A stretch of 64,000 nucleotides of DNA from Patescibacteria group bacterium (GCA_041650915.1 JBAZKE010000001.1:251284-315283); one strand, 5' to 3'. Counted from the first letter of the stretch, positions 30,001 through 38,132 are shown. The notes: a model not told the origin generated them from the sequence alone. Made by a program: numbers and translations.

Positions 30001-32974
30001 CAATACGTTTTATGTGCGTGCGGTCGATGAAGCCCTGAATCCGGCCGCGTCATATGCTTCAACGGGGTATTTTTATACCGGCGGCCCGCCGGAACCGCCC
30101 GGAAGCGTGACGGTTGATCCGCTTGCGAGCGTGAATAACAACACGTTCACGATTTCTTGGGATTTGCCAACGACCTGCCTTGGTTCGACGCCATGTTCCG
30201 CGAGCGATATTTACCGCTATTGCTATACTATTAATGAAGAGCCGAGCTCGGAAACATGCGGTGCCAATTATAGCGGCGATGCAACTCCTTCGCCGGATGG
30301 CGGATGGACGACTGAAACTCAGACCTCAAGCCGCCTCCTGCCTGACTTTTCCGCCGCTACCCTGCAGGGCGAAAATATCGTTTATGTAGTGGCAATGGAT
30401 ATTGTGAGCAATATTGATTATTCCAATTATACGACTGCAACGTACGACTTCACTTCCACCGCGCCTGGCATGCCCGCGAGCATGGAGGCGACTGATACGT
30501 CTGACCGCACGACCAATAAGTATTCAGTCGTGCTGACGTGGGATGAGCCGGAAGATGTGGGTAGCGGCGTTGAGTCGTACAAGGTGTACCGCTGCGAAAG
30601 CGATTGCGAGAATCCGTCCACGGTGGATGACCCGCCCTCGAATTATACGAATATCGCCGAGGTGAATACGCTTGGTTATTTGGATACCAGTTTGGACAAT
30701 ACCATTACGTATTCTTACTTCGCGCGGTCGACCGGCACGGGCGGCACGATTTCCGGCAATTCCGCCGTGGCTGAAATAAAACCTGAAGGAAAATTCAAGT
30801 ACGCGCCAACTATCAGCGGCGCACCGGCAGTAACCGCGTACATCCGTTCCGCTTTGGTCGAGTGGCTCACCTTGAATGACCAGGACCAGTACGGCAACGT
30901 TATCGAACACTACGCCTCGTCATACGTGCAGTACGGAACAACGACCGCTTATGGCGAGGAAGACGGTACATCTGACCTGACGGACGAGCATTCGGTCACT
31001 CTGACAAACCTGACGCCGGATACCACGTACCACTATCGGTGCAAGTGGGTTGACCAGGACGGCAATGAAGGCTATTCATCTGATTATACGTTCACGACCA
31101 AGGGAGCGCCGTCAGCGCCGATTAACCTCGCGGTCGATCCGGAATCGAACACTGTGAATAGCTTTGGTTTTTCCTGGGACGCGCCGACTGATGAAGGCGT
31201 GACGGTCGCCGGGTATTACTATTCCATCAATAATATCCCAAACGAAACGAATACTACAAATATCGAGGAAACGAGTATCGAGGCATTCGATGCAGCGACC
31301 CAGCAGGGAACGAACACATTCTACGTTGTCGCGATCGATGACGGCGGCAATATCAACTACGCAAACTACGCATCAGTTGATTTCGAGGCGTATACAGAGC
31401 CGCCCAGCGAGCCCCAAGCCGTTACCATCACTGATTCGTCTGACCGCGATGCAAAGCGGTATTCGATAACTCTGACTTGGGACCCGCCCGAGGGATACAC
31501 AGCGGACGATGAAATATACTATACGATATATCGTCGGGAGGCAGAGGCAGACACTGAAGCTGCTGGCGCCGGCATTGCAAAAGCCGCGGCGGATGACCTG
31601 GAAGAGATTGCGACGATCACCTCGACCGGGTATCTTGATACCGGCCTGGACAGCTCAACGGAATATTTCTACCAGGTGACGGCTCGTGACAAGGCGCAGG
31701 CAACCTCGGATCCGACTGACATTGTTTCCGAAGTGCCGGAAGGGCGCTTTACCCAGCCGCCTGCGATCACCGAGAATCCCGTTGCAGTTTCCGATTCGTT
31801 TGCGGCCACGATTACCTGGCGGACGGAACGTGTCGCATCCTCGTTTGTCGATTTCGGCCTCACCAAGACGGACTGGACCGAGGAGCAGGGGACGGCTGAC
31901 ATGGTTGAGGAGCATTCGGTGCGGATTACCGGCCTGAAACCGGAAACGACCTACTTTTACCAGGTAAAGAGCATTGACGTTGATGAAAACGAGGCATACT
32001 CAAACGTATACTCGTTTGTCACGCTTGAAGCGCCGCGGGTGCTTGAGCTCGACGTGACTGATATCAAGCTGTTTGACGCTATCGTCACATGGGATACCAA
32101 TAAAGAAACGACTGCGGTGATCGAATACGGTACGACCACTGACTACGGGATGACGTATACCGATGTCACTCTTTCGTATGCGCTGACGCACACAGTCAAG
32201 CTTGATCATCTGGATGACAGCCAGACGTACCACCTGCGGATCAACGGCCAGGACCGTTCCGGCAATCCGATACAGTCGGATGACTATTCGTTTACCACTT
32301 TGACATTCCCCGAAGTATCCGATATATCATACGTAAACAAATCGGAGGGCCAGACGGAAATTTTCTGGAAAACGAACGTACCGACCACTTCCGAGGTGGA
32401 GTACTATAGCGACCAGATTGCCCCCAAGACCCAAGGCAATACGGCGCTTGTTACGGAACACGTGATTCTGTTGTACGGGCTGGAAGACGCGACTACGTAC
32501 CAGTTCAAAGTGCGCGGCTCGGATGAGTTCGGCTATGAGGCCGTGTCCGATGAGCGCGAGTTCACGACGCTCGAGGACACCACGCCTCCGGAAATATACG
32601 GCGTGCAGTCCGAGTCAAATACGATCGGTTCAGGCGACGCGTCAAAAATCCAGATTGTCATTTCGTGGAAGACGAATGAGCCGACCACGTCGCAAGCTGA
32701 TTTCGGCGTTGGTTTGGGCGGTTCTGACTATTCGGACCAGACTGAAGAAAACGCTGAGCTGGTAATGGACCATCTGGTGGTTATTTCCGACCTTGCGCCC
32801 GCAAAGACGTACCATTTCCGGGTCGTATCAACTGACAAGGCGGGGAACCAGACGAAATCAGGATCGCATACGGTGTTGACTTCACGGAAGCGCGAGTCAT
32901 TCCTGCAGCTTATCATTTCCAATCTGGAAACGACATTTTCGTGGCTCGGCAATGTCGGTTCCCTGGCAAAGTAG
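24056..32974 (+). CDS. giant (~2970 aa) membrane-anchored surface protein with multiple Kelch-like beta-propeller blades and many FN3-like domains
   Basis: Basic cytoplasmic N-terminus (K/R-rich), one TM (LIIVALVVTATAGLFYFYY), then long arrays of Kelch-like repeats (YGGS...W..Y, FRFDIAEKIWYH, WRYDAANGYWDS, YRYNIGANTWTAL...). Interspersed and C-terminal FN3-like domains (YHYRCKWVDQDGNEGYSSDYTFTT, YFYQVKSIDVDENEAYSNVYSFVT, YHLRINGQDRSGNPIQSDDYSFTT, YHFRVVSTDKAGNQTKS). Start set at the first ATG after the TTG given in the track. Confidence 0.75.
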   Translation: MQADQMPARQKKKKITGNIPVRQNRKKTIATQKKRSACRVSAVSSRSGAAKQNQKNRTRTAVGFYGRFFAFLNLVTGFIRAYRPLIIVALVVTATAGLFYFYYQSTLAAAAQYVIDTQAEWEAGEYYPNTVDTKTTADEISIKPGGGGTWDGDTTGFLTDTAGYEYWSYDGPSYGADLTTDGTYIYQILGNRRPYLFRYNPETNTWKQLANAPTSFYYGGSITYDAHTKSIFAINGGEQNETEQATKHMFQYDIASDTWSKSTDAPDTFGLGSSITSNGAGKLFAVRGRNTDELWEYDIDDETWDQNYSQLPTPYYVYQTNGQPLEFVNEQYSDGEGDHCTQGCLFTLYGGGNRNFFRFDIAEKIWYHTTPVDLTIPAALGGVNYGSSFAYDSDRGNLFLLHGNTQYPATTTMGDNFSTYDVSAQDWDDAPEDTPDAPGWVTYGGAMVYLDDYVYAMQGYNGSRPGLWRYDAANGYWDSISTPDVANGSNPALGQGTQGSGGENGHLVYVPSGTYCADAGGCLYSFRGGNSTNYWRYNVDAKTWTTDLSVENFGALQQGSSFCYNGANRIYALHGESTLTFYQYEITGEGDDDEDTWQVLTSMPADHSDADDYPDASANASYGSSLACMGTTVYALKGGTSASGANHFFSYNGAAWTDLEPLPQRAYLGAKLVTVPYDAGHTEWCADASGCVFAFAGNMRGDWYRYNIGANTWTALTGDNLPTATYYTASLAYDGQGNIYATDGNYDTNMWKYEINGDDGTWYQIADLQARVGYNNALAYDSDNNVMYFQQGLGTTTISRFTPTPDDYIASATWISEPLDLGYVNSFSTLGYLVTEPDDSAVTFQTRTSTDKVSWSDWENLGLLDAIESDAGQYIQVKAVLAASTDGGDTPTITSITVNYDKDGTAPDNPDVDGYADSTEATEITSGAGNLYHYTNPYFEWDAATDDSGIAGYYVRWTDDELDDPDESEDYFQTGTSYEVNTVMQEADGPYFLRIAVKDDSGNVSTPETAFTYNYTGVNTATEAVWDDQADFEDGETETNIKTDANGGTNMTLDPISPGTWMDLPASFGTAGYNHTSYNDTSIAWDGDDTIYALRSVNSQYFHKYTISTKTWEQLANTGVAAYTGSAIVYVPDGTTANCTDDGGCVFATMGNGTGFRRYDVNANAWTALASVTLSVGNGGGLIWTGGDYIYASRGQGTVTMYRYDIDSNEWDDNAAPDPDYAFNYGAAYSYVPNGNYCLDLQGCIFATRGGTSTHVYRFDIQGGSWSFLTALPSASPPKVNYGATMQYHDGFLYYIAGYYSTDFLKYDIASDFWSAMPDLPTTHYYGSTNNLVYDTSSDIMYTLRGSAEYSFLSFDVAEDEWRNPAIPHGSTTNGFYYGGVAYDGDDTLYIARGNAGNMADFYKYTISTKTWQNLLDVPMRMNTGSDLIYVDGKVYALTGAPPYGEVYSRMYEYDLETGFWTRKGDLPAAVGDGAKLVWDGNNTIYTARGGATASYTVYSYKISGAAGAGQWTTQAENVFGNATVYQGACSVWDGGTKLYLIQGQNLSNILFCNLSTDGDGNGTCDWQADTLTNPSVGIQYGNACAFYDGTPDDLIFIPRGNTNTTDFLVYNVTDDTWETRTLNNFYYGGRLVTGPDGILYGFRGYNTSTMDRYVQQTATTSFQRTGTWTSPIVTATDIFDFGGFEVNDSEEENTSLTYETRTCSDAGCAADQGDAHWSDWDEVSNARTIETTDYYTVDSTPATYIQVRATFNSDRVYTPTVNDFTLSYYIDGTDPDNPAAPVDGYTSSAKTTTIDNNDWTNDATPYFGWTASDDAGGIGIEGFYVYFGTDETKDPVDDAADPTNLAYDNSTNYYEVNDDGTTGSWNAATQSSDAITDGDYYLRIRTKDLNGNVTDSAVAAFTFLIDESVPNNITDLQVGDYMSAEDDFDFTWTAVNDEGSSGIEQYCYHTGSSADTCVDEGTICSGGTCLVENVPHYQTRVNTFYVRAVDEALNPAASYASTGYFYTGGPPEPPGSVTVDPLASVNNNTFTISWDLPTTCLGSTPCSASDIYRYCYTINEEPSSETCGANYSGDATPSPDGGWTTETQTSSRLLPDFSAATLQGENIVYVVAMDIVSNIDYSNYTTATYDFTSTAPGMPASMEATDTSDRTTNKYSVVLTWDEPEDVGSGVESYKVYRCESDCENPSTVDDPPSNYTNIAEVNTLGYLDTSLDNTITYSYFARSTGTGGTISGNSAVAEIKPEGKFKYAPTISGAPAVTAYIRSALVEWLTLNDQDQYGNVIEHYASSYVQYGTTTAYGEEDGTSDLTDEHSVTLTNLTPDTTYHYRCKWVDQDGNEGYSSDYTFTTKGAPSAPINLAVDPESNTVNSFGFSWDAPTDEGVTVAGYYYSINNIPNETNTTNIEETSIEAFDAATQQGTNTFYVVAIDDGGNINYANYASVDFEAYTEPPSEPQAVTITDSSDRDAKRYSITLTWDPPEGYTADDEIYYTIYRREAEADTEAAGAGIAKAAADDLEEIATITSTGYLDTGLDSSTEYFYQVTARDKAQATSDPTDIVSEVPEGRFTQPPAITENPVAVSDSFAATITWRTERVASSFVDFGLTKTDWTEEQGTADMVEEHSVRITGLKPETTYFYQVKSIDVDENEAYSNVYSFVTLEAPRVLELDVTDIKLFDAIVTWDTNKETTAVIEYGTTTDYGMTYTDVTLSYALTHTVKLDHLDDSQTYHLRINGQDRSGNPIQSDDYSFTTLTFPEVSDISYVNKSEGQTEIFWKTNVPTTSEVEYYSDQIAPKTQGNTALVTEHVILLYGLEDATTYQFKVRGSDEFGYEAVSDEREFTTLEDTTPPEIYGVQSESNTIGSGDASKIQIVISWKTNEPTTSQADFGVGLGGSDYSDQTEENAELVMDHLVVISDLAPAKTYHFRVVSTDKAGNQTKSGSHTVLTSRKRESFLQLIISNLETTFSWLGNVGSLAK

Positions 32975-33044
32975 CGAGGCATATTGTGCAGTAGTGATGA
33001 GCCCTTTCTACATTATTGCGGTATTTTGATGATGAGCGGTGTTT

Positions 33045-33053
33045 TGCTATAAT
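33045..33053 (+). promoter_or_regulatory. extended -10 element TGcTATAAT, 10 nt upstream of a tiny leaderless ORF preceding the ABC transporter pair
   Basis: tttTGcTATAATaacatccatcATGgcaaga. Confidence 0.4.
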
Positions 33054-33063
33054 AACATCCATC

Positions 33064-33120
33064 ATGGCAAGAGCATTTCGGCCTAAGACCGCCCGTGATA
33101 TATCAGAAAAGACTAGCTAG
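33064..33120 (+). CDS. tiny 18-aa leaderless ORF (MARAFRPKTARDISEKTS); possible leader peptide, coding status unproven
   Basis: ATG 10 nt after the -10 element. Basic peptide. Ends ~50 nt before the ABC ATPase gene. Confidence 0.2.
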   Translation: MARAFRPKTARDISEKTS

Positions 33121-33171
33121 TGCAGTTAACGTTTACAGCTTATTATCCACGAGTAGAGTATCGAAGACCAG

Positions 33172-34050
33172 ATGTTTGGCAGAAAAAAGAAAAAAACTGA
33201 AGCAGTATCCGCCGCCCGGAATTCAGGGGCAGGTATGGCGGCGCCAGCAAAAAATACAGATGGAATCCAGCAGCAGAAAGCTCCTGATGCAACTTCGTCA
33301 GGCATTGGAAAACCTGGGGAGATAAAAACGGCTGAGCTGCCCGAAGAACAAAAAAAGCCGGTTATCCTGCTGGAGCGTGTCAATAAAAGTTTTGACCTGG
33401 GAAAAACGGTCGTCCAAATTCTGAAAGACATCAACGTGCAGATATTTCCGCGCGAGTTTATCGTTATCCTCGGGCCGTCCGGAAGCGGCAAATCAACGCT
33501 CTTAAACACGCTTCTTGGGCTCGAACCCCCGTCAAGCGGACGTGTTGTCATGAATAATATCGATATTACTCGGAAGAAGCAGGACAAAATAGCAAAAATC
33601 AGGTACGGATTGTTTGGCATCGTATTCCAGCGGCCAGAGTGGGTACGGTCATTAAGCGTCGTGCAAAATGTCGCATTACCGCTCTCAATTAACGGGACAG
33701 AAAAAGATAAACGGATGCGTATCGCGTGGGAAAAGTTGAAGCTGATCGGCATGGATACTCATGGCAAGTACTTCCCGACGGAATTATCTGGCGGCCAGCA
33801 ACAGAAGGTGACTTTGGCGCGTGCATTGGTAAATGATCCGCAGGTTATCATTGCCGACGAGCCGACTGGCAATCTAGACAGCGCTTCAGCGGATCGCGTT
33901 ATGGATCTGTTTAAAAACTTGAATGAGAGGTTCCATAAAACCATTATCATGGTTACCCACAATATCGATTACGTGCGGTATGCGTCCCGGACCATTTATA
34001 TCCGTGACGGAAAAGTCATCGAGGGAAGCGAGCAGTTTTTATCGGGATAA
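33172..34050 (+). CDS. ABC transporter ATP-binding protein, MacB/LolD/FtsE-like, with a ~65-aa low-complexity N-terminal extension
   Basis: Walker A GPSGSGKSTLLN, signature LSGGQQQKVTLARAL, Walker B IIADEPTGNLD, H-loop VTHN. Confidence 0.85.
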   Translation: MFGRKKKKTEAVSAARNSGAGMAAPAKNTDGIQQQKAPDATSSGIGKPGEIKTAELPEEQKKPVILLERVNKSFDLGKTVVQILKDINVQIFPREFIVILGPSGSGKSTLLNTLLGLEPPSSGRVVMNNIDITRKKQDKIAKIRYGLFGIVFQRPEWVRSLSVVQNVALPLSINGTEKDKRMRIAWEKLKLIGMDTHGKYFPTELSGGQQQKVTLARALVNDPQVIIADEPTGNLDSASADRVMDLFKNLNERFHKTIIMVTHNIDYVRYASRTIYIRDGKVIEGSEQFLSG

Positions 34051-34065
34051 GAAACGACCGGCAAT

Positions 34066-35313
34066 ATGAAGATAGGGTTTACCGTCTTTTTATCAGCGAC
34101 GAATTTACGGCGCAGGAAGCTGAGGAGTTTTTTGACGATCGGCGGCATGGCAATCGGCATTGCCCTCGTAGTATTCCTCGTGTCGCTCGGTTTCGGGCTG
34201 CAGCGGATGATTGTCAGCCAGATCGCGAATGTCGAGGCGCTCACCATTCTTGACGTGTCAAAAGGCGAGTCAACGCTTCTTGCATTGGACAAGGATACGG
34301 TTGATTCGTTCAAAGATTTGGACAATGTGGATAACGTGAGCCCGTCACTCTCGCTCTCCGGCCAGATTACGCATGCCGAGTCAGTCACCGATGTGGCGAT
34401 TTATGGCATTGAGCCCCAGTTTCTATCCATGGAGGGGATCAAAGTAAATTATGGAGCAGAATTTTCAAATGCGACAGCCCAAGAAATTATCGTAACGTCA
34501 ACTGCCCTGAATCTGATCGGGCTTGGTGCGCCCGAAGAATCTGTGGGAGCTGAATTGCTCCTGAAGATGCTTGTTCCACAGAAGATTGAGGGCACTGAAG
34601 AAGAGGAATTGGTGGCAAAAGAAGTAGCGGTTACAATCAGCGGAGTAATCATAGAGGATGATGAGTTAACCCTCGCGTATGCGCCGTTGGAGTTTTTAAC
34701 TTCGCTTGGCTTTACGCCCAATTACAGCGCGGCAAAGGTCAAGGTGGATGATAAAGATGCTGATTATGACGTCGCAAAGGTAAAAGTAACGGACGAGTCA
34801 AAGCTGCCTGAGGTCCGCGCACAGATTGAGGCTATGGGGTACCAGGTTGATTCCGTCGCGGATACGGTCGGACAGATTGACCAGATTTTCGTCATTTTTG
34901 AAATCGTAGTTGCCGGGTTTGGCGCGATCGCATTGCTGGTTGCCGCTATCGGTTCGTTAAATACATTGACCGTATCTCTCTTGGAACGGACGCGTGAGAT
35001 CGGCCTCATGAAGACCCTTGGCGCGACCTCGGGAGACATCCTGCGCTTATTTTTAGTAGAGTCAGTTCTCATCGGCGTGACCGGAGGCATCGCCGGCATT
35101 TTATTGGGCATTGGGACTGGCAAGTTGGCCAATACCGGCATTAATTTCCTCGCTAGCAGGCTCGGCGGGGAGTCAGTTAATATTTTTAGTACGCCGGCAA
35201 TTTTTATCGCGATTATTTTAGCAATTATTTTAATTGTAAGCGTCATAACCGGCCTGTATCCTGCACGCCGTGCAGGCAGGATCAATGCCCTTGACGCATT
35301 GCGATACGAATAA
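34066..35313 (+). CDS. ABC transporter permease, FtsX/MacB-type, with a periplasmic domain
   Basis: N-terminal TM, large extracytoplasmic domain, C-terminal FtsX-like 3-TM bundle with LLERTREIGLMKTLGATSGDI. Confidence 0.8.
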   Translation: MKIGFTVFLSATNLRRRKLRSFLTIGGMAIGIALVVFLVSLGFGLQRMIVSQIANVEALTILDVSKGESTLLALDKDTVDSFKDLDNVDNVSPSLSLSGQITHAESVTDVAIYGIEPQFLSMEGIKVNYGAEFSNATAQEIIVTSTALNLIGLGAPEESVGAELLLKMLVPQKIEGTEEEELVAKEVAVTISGVIIEDDELTLAYAPLEFLTSLGFTPNYSAAKVKVDDKDADYDVAKVKVTDESKLPEVRAQIEAMGYQVDSVADTVGQIDQIFVIFEIVVAGFGAIALLVAAIGSLNTLTVSLLERTREIGLMKTLGATSGDILRLFLVESVLIGVTGGIAGILLGIGTGKLANTGINFLASRLGGESVNIFSTPAIFIAIILAIILIVSVITGLYPARRAGRINALDALRYE

Positions 35314-35322
35314 CTAACGCAT

Positions 35323-35997
35323 ATGCCGCCAAAAAGTTCACAGACATTATTTGCCCAGAAAAAACGGCGGGTCATCGGGGAGATGATCCGAAAGGCGGAA
35401 TTGAAGAACAAGAACGCCTGGGTTTCGATTCACCGCTCTTCAAAAGAAGACATGATTACGTATGAGAGCAAAGGTTTTGTCGTTTCGATCAATGGGAGCG
35501 GGACGCTTGCCATGGACCATGCCCAGTGCAAAGAAGCGGGGCTGTTGTCCGCATACGTCGTTGGTCACGGCGGCATCGTGATCAATGGCGGCAGGTCGTC
35601 CGGGATCATAGCGGCGTCGTCACATGCGGCGGGGCCGCATAAAATCGGGATCGTTTTTCCCGAGATCGAAAAGGAGGCGGATGATGCGGGATCCAAGGCG
35701 CTCGTCAATTCGCCGCAACCCAGGAATGAACTTTTAAGCACGTGCGCTCCGATCATCGTGATCTTCCGCGGCGGGCTCGGGACGCTGATGACGCTCCTGC
35801 GGTCCATCGTACATATCAAGAACAGGCCGTATCATCCTGACCAGCTGCCCCAGATGGTTTTTATCAGCAATTACTGGATCGGGCTTCTGACGACCCTAAT
35901 GAACATGGGTACGCTTCCCCGCGAGTTTATCGTCGCTTTGCATTTTTTTGATAGTGCACAGGATATTATCAACAAAATTCCTTCGCAGGAAGGATAA
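35323..35997 (+). CDS. SLOG-superfamily Rossmann protein (LOG/TIGR00730 or TIGR00725-like, DprA/Smf-related fold)
   Basis: IIVIFRGGLGTLMTLLRSIV resembles the LOG PGGxGTxxE motif. Glycine-rich YVVGHGGIVINGGRSSGIIAA N-terminal nucleotide-binding-like segment. Assignment by motif only. Confidence 0.45.
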   Translation: MPPKSSQTLFAQKKRRVIGEMIRKAELKNKNAWVSIHRSSKEDMITYESKGFVVSINGSGTLAMDHAQCKEAGLLSAYVVGHGGIVINGGRSSGIIAASSHAAGPHKIGIVFPEIEKEADDAGSKALVNSPQPRNELLSTCAPIIVIFRGGLGTLMTLLRSIVHIKNRPYHPDQLPQMVFISNYWIGLLTTLMNMGTLPREFIVALHFFDSAQDIINKIPSQEG

Positions 35998-36009
35998 CAT
36001 GCCACTAGT

Positions 36010-36480
36010 ATGCCAATGAGCGAGAGCAAGAAAATAATCATAATAATCGTTTCTTCGGTTGTCGGTTTAGGCATTATCATCGCCGGGGTAGGATTTTTTA
36101 TCCTTTCAAACAGCGAGCCGAATGACAATGGGTCCAATGAGGTGATTCCGCCAGCGAACACGGCGTCAAGCAACACCAATAGCATCGAAAATGTGAATAA
36201 CGCGCCGGCCATCGCGACAAACAGCGAAATAAGCGTTGAGGGCACTGTATTTATAAAAGGGTATTCGACTCCGAGCGAATCGTATGGCGTACTGACGACT
36301 GACGGGAATGAGATCGGCCTTGGGAAATATGATTCCATGAAAGAGCAGTTTCGGCCGTATATCGGGGATAAGGTAGCGGTTACGTTCAGCAATGTATGCA
36401 GAAGCACCAATGCGGACTGCTGCAAGACAGTTTGCTTCTATTGTGGTACAGTAAAATCGTGGGAACCGCTTGATGAATAG
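36010..36480 (+). CDS. small membrane-anchored protein with a Cys-rich C-terminus, unknown function
   Basis: TM KIIIIIVSSVVGLGIIIAGVGFFIL, S/N/T-rich linker, C-terminus ...CRSTNADCCKTVCFYCG. Confidence 0.4.
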   Translation: MPMSESKKIIIIIVSSVVGLGIIIAGVGFFILSNSEPNDNGSNEVIPPANTASSNTNSIENVNNAPAIATNSEISVEGTVFIKGYSTPSESYGVLTTDGNEIGLGKYDSMKEQFRPYIGDKVAVTFSNVCRSTNADCCKTVCFYCGTVKSWEPLDE

Positions 36481-36557
36481 GGGCAGGGAGGAAACTGCCT
36501 GCAGGATGCCCGGAGAAGCGGTGTTACTAAGCATTGAGAGGGGATACCAGCATACCG

Positions 36558-36941
36558 ATGCCCGAACAGAAAAAGATACTTATCGTCGAGGATGAACAGG
36601 CGATTCGCCAGGCACTGCGCAAATCGCTGAGTGCAACGGAGGGCATCGCCATCTATGAGGCAGAAAACGGTGAAAAAGCGCTTGAGATGATTGCCACAAG
36701 CGCGCCTGATTTGATTTTACTTGACGTCATCATGCCGAAGATGCACGGGATTGACATGTTGAAGACATTGCGCACCGGCCAGCAGCATCGGGACATACCG
36801 GTCATCCTGCTGACCAATTACGCGGATGACCCCAAAGTTATCGAAGCGGTCAAGAATGGCTTGTGCGAGCTGATGGATAAAACGAAGTGCAGACTCGATG
36901 ATGTTGTAGTCAGGATAAAACAAAAACTGGGGGTCGCATAA
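36558..36941 (+). CDS. stand-alone response-regulator receiver domain protein (CheY-like), paralog 1
   Basis: KILIVEDEQAIRQALRKSL...APDLILLDVIMPKMHGIDML (acidic pocket plus phospho-acceptor Asp). No output domain. Start moved to MPEQKKILIV. Confidence 0.8.
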   Translation: MPEQKKILIVEDEQAIRQALRKSLSATEGIAIYEAENGEKALEMIATSAPDLILLDVIMPKMHGIDMLKTLRTGQQHRDIPVILLTNYADDPKVIEAVKNGLCELMDKTKCRLDDVVVRIKQKLGVA

Positions 36942-36990
36942 CATCGACCTAAGTAAGAGTACTTACAATTGTTAATGATTCCATTATTGT

Positions 36991-37218
36991 ATGGACAAGC
37001 AGGGACAACAGCCGACCGAGGCGCAGAAAAATCTGATTTCCACCGTTTCGCATAAGTTAAAAGGCCCATTGACCACTATTAACCTCTATACTGAAGCGTT
37101 GCTGTCGGGAAGCGTCGGTAATCTAAGCGATGAACAGAGGCAGTATGTCCAGGAGGTGCATGATGCAAGTAAAAAAATGGTTGTGTATGTGAAAGACCTG
37201 AAGAATATTTTTAATTAG
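36991..37218 (+). CDS. orphan HisKA/DHp-domain fragment (75 aa) with no HATPase_c domain
   Basis: H-box LISTVSHKLKGPLTTINLYTEALL fits the HisKA pattern SHELKTPLT. The protein ends 40 aa later. No kinase ATP-binding domain anywhere in the cluster. Confidence 0.55.
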   Translation: MDKQGQQPTEAQKNLISTVSHKLKGPLTTINLYTEALLSGSVGNLSDEQRQYVQEVHDASKKMVVYVKDLKNIFN

Positions 37219-37251
37219 ATTCATTGCTGGATGATTGATTGAATAAACTCT

Positions 37252-37629
37252 ATGGTCGGACAAAAGAAAATACTTATCGTTGAGGACGACCAGTCAGTAC
37301 GGGTTGTGCTGGGAAATGAATTCCGGAGGATGGGGTACCAGATCATTGAAGCGGAAAACGGCGAAGCGGCAGTTGCGTTAGCACTTGCCGAGCATCCGAA
37401 TCTGATTCTGCTGGATGTCATCATGCCGAAGATGCACGGCATGGACATGCTCCGCAAGCTGCAGGAAAACGAGTGGGGCAAGAGCGTGCCGGTCGTTTTG
37501 TTGACGAATTTTTTTGATGACCCGCGCGTTATGGAAGCGGTGAAAGAAGGCCGGTGCGAGCTCCTCAGCAAATCTGAGGCAAAGCTGGAGGATATCGTGA
37601 ATAAGGTGCAGGAAAAAATTGGGGAATAA
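37252..37629 (+). CDS. stand-alone response-regulator receiver domain protein, paralog 2
   Basis: KILIVEDDQSVRVVLGNEFRRMGYQIIEAENGEAAVALALAEHPNLILLDVIMPKMHGMDMLRKLQ. About 55% identical to paralog 1. Confidence 0.8.
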   Translation: MVGQKKILIVEDDQSVRVVLGNEFRRMGYQIIEAENGEAAVALALAEHPNLILLDVIMPKMHGMDMLRKLQENEWGKSVPVVLLTNFFDDPRVMEAVKEGRCELLSKSEAKLEDIVNKVQEKIGE

Positions 37630-37653
37630 CAACGGCTGGCTGTCTATAGCCAT

Positions 37654-38007
37654 ATGCTGAAGGAAAAAAAGATATTGATTGTTGAGGACGACCCGATGCT
37701 ATTGCACCTTTTAGCAAATGGTTTTCGGAAGGCCGGGTATACTGTCTTTGAGGCGGTAAACGGGCACCAGGGCATTGAAACCGCATCACAAGAAAAACCA
37801 TCCATCGTCGTATTGGACATAATCATGCCGAAAGTCGACGGGGTGACGGTGTACAAGGCTCTTCGGGCATCCGGAGCCGTAATTGTCATCTGGACAAACC
37901 TTAGCCAGAAGGAAGTAGAGGCAGCAATCGGCGAATCCGGCATAGATTATCATGCAAAAGCGGAATGTTCGCTCGAGCAACTTATATCGCATATCAGGGA
38001 AATATAA
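37654..38007 (+). CDS. stand-alone response-regulator receiver domain protein, paralog 3
   Basis: KKILIVEDDPMLLHLLANGFRKAGYTVFEAVNGHQGIETASQEKPSIVVLDIIMPKVDGVTVYKAL. Confidence 0.75.
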   Translation: MLKEKKILIVEDDPMLLHLLANGFRKAGYTVFEAVNGHQGIETASQEKPSIVVLDIIMPKVDGVTVYKALRASGAVIVIWTNLSQKEVEAAIGESGIDYHAKAECSLEQLISHIREI

Positions 38008-38132
38008 AAAAAGATCAATATCACTATTTATTCATGCTTAAATCATTTGGTTTAAGTATTTTTCAGCTTTACAAATTGCAAAAAAAGTGTTAAAATTAGC
38101 ACACGCGCTAAGCCATTGAACATGCACGGTAC

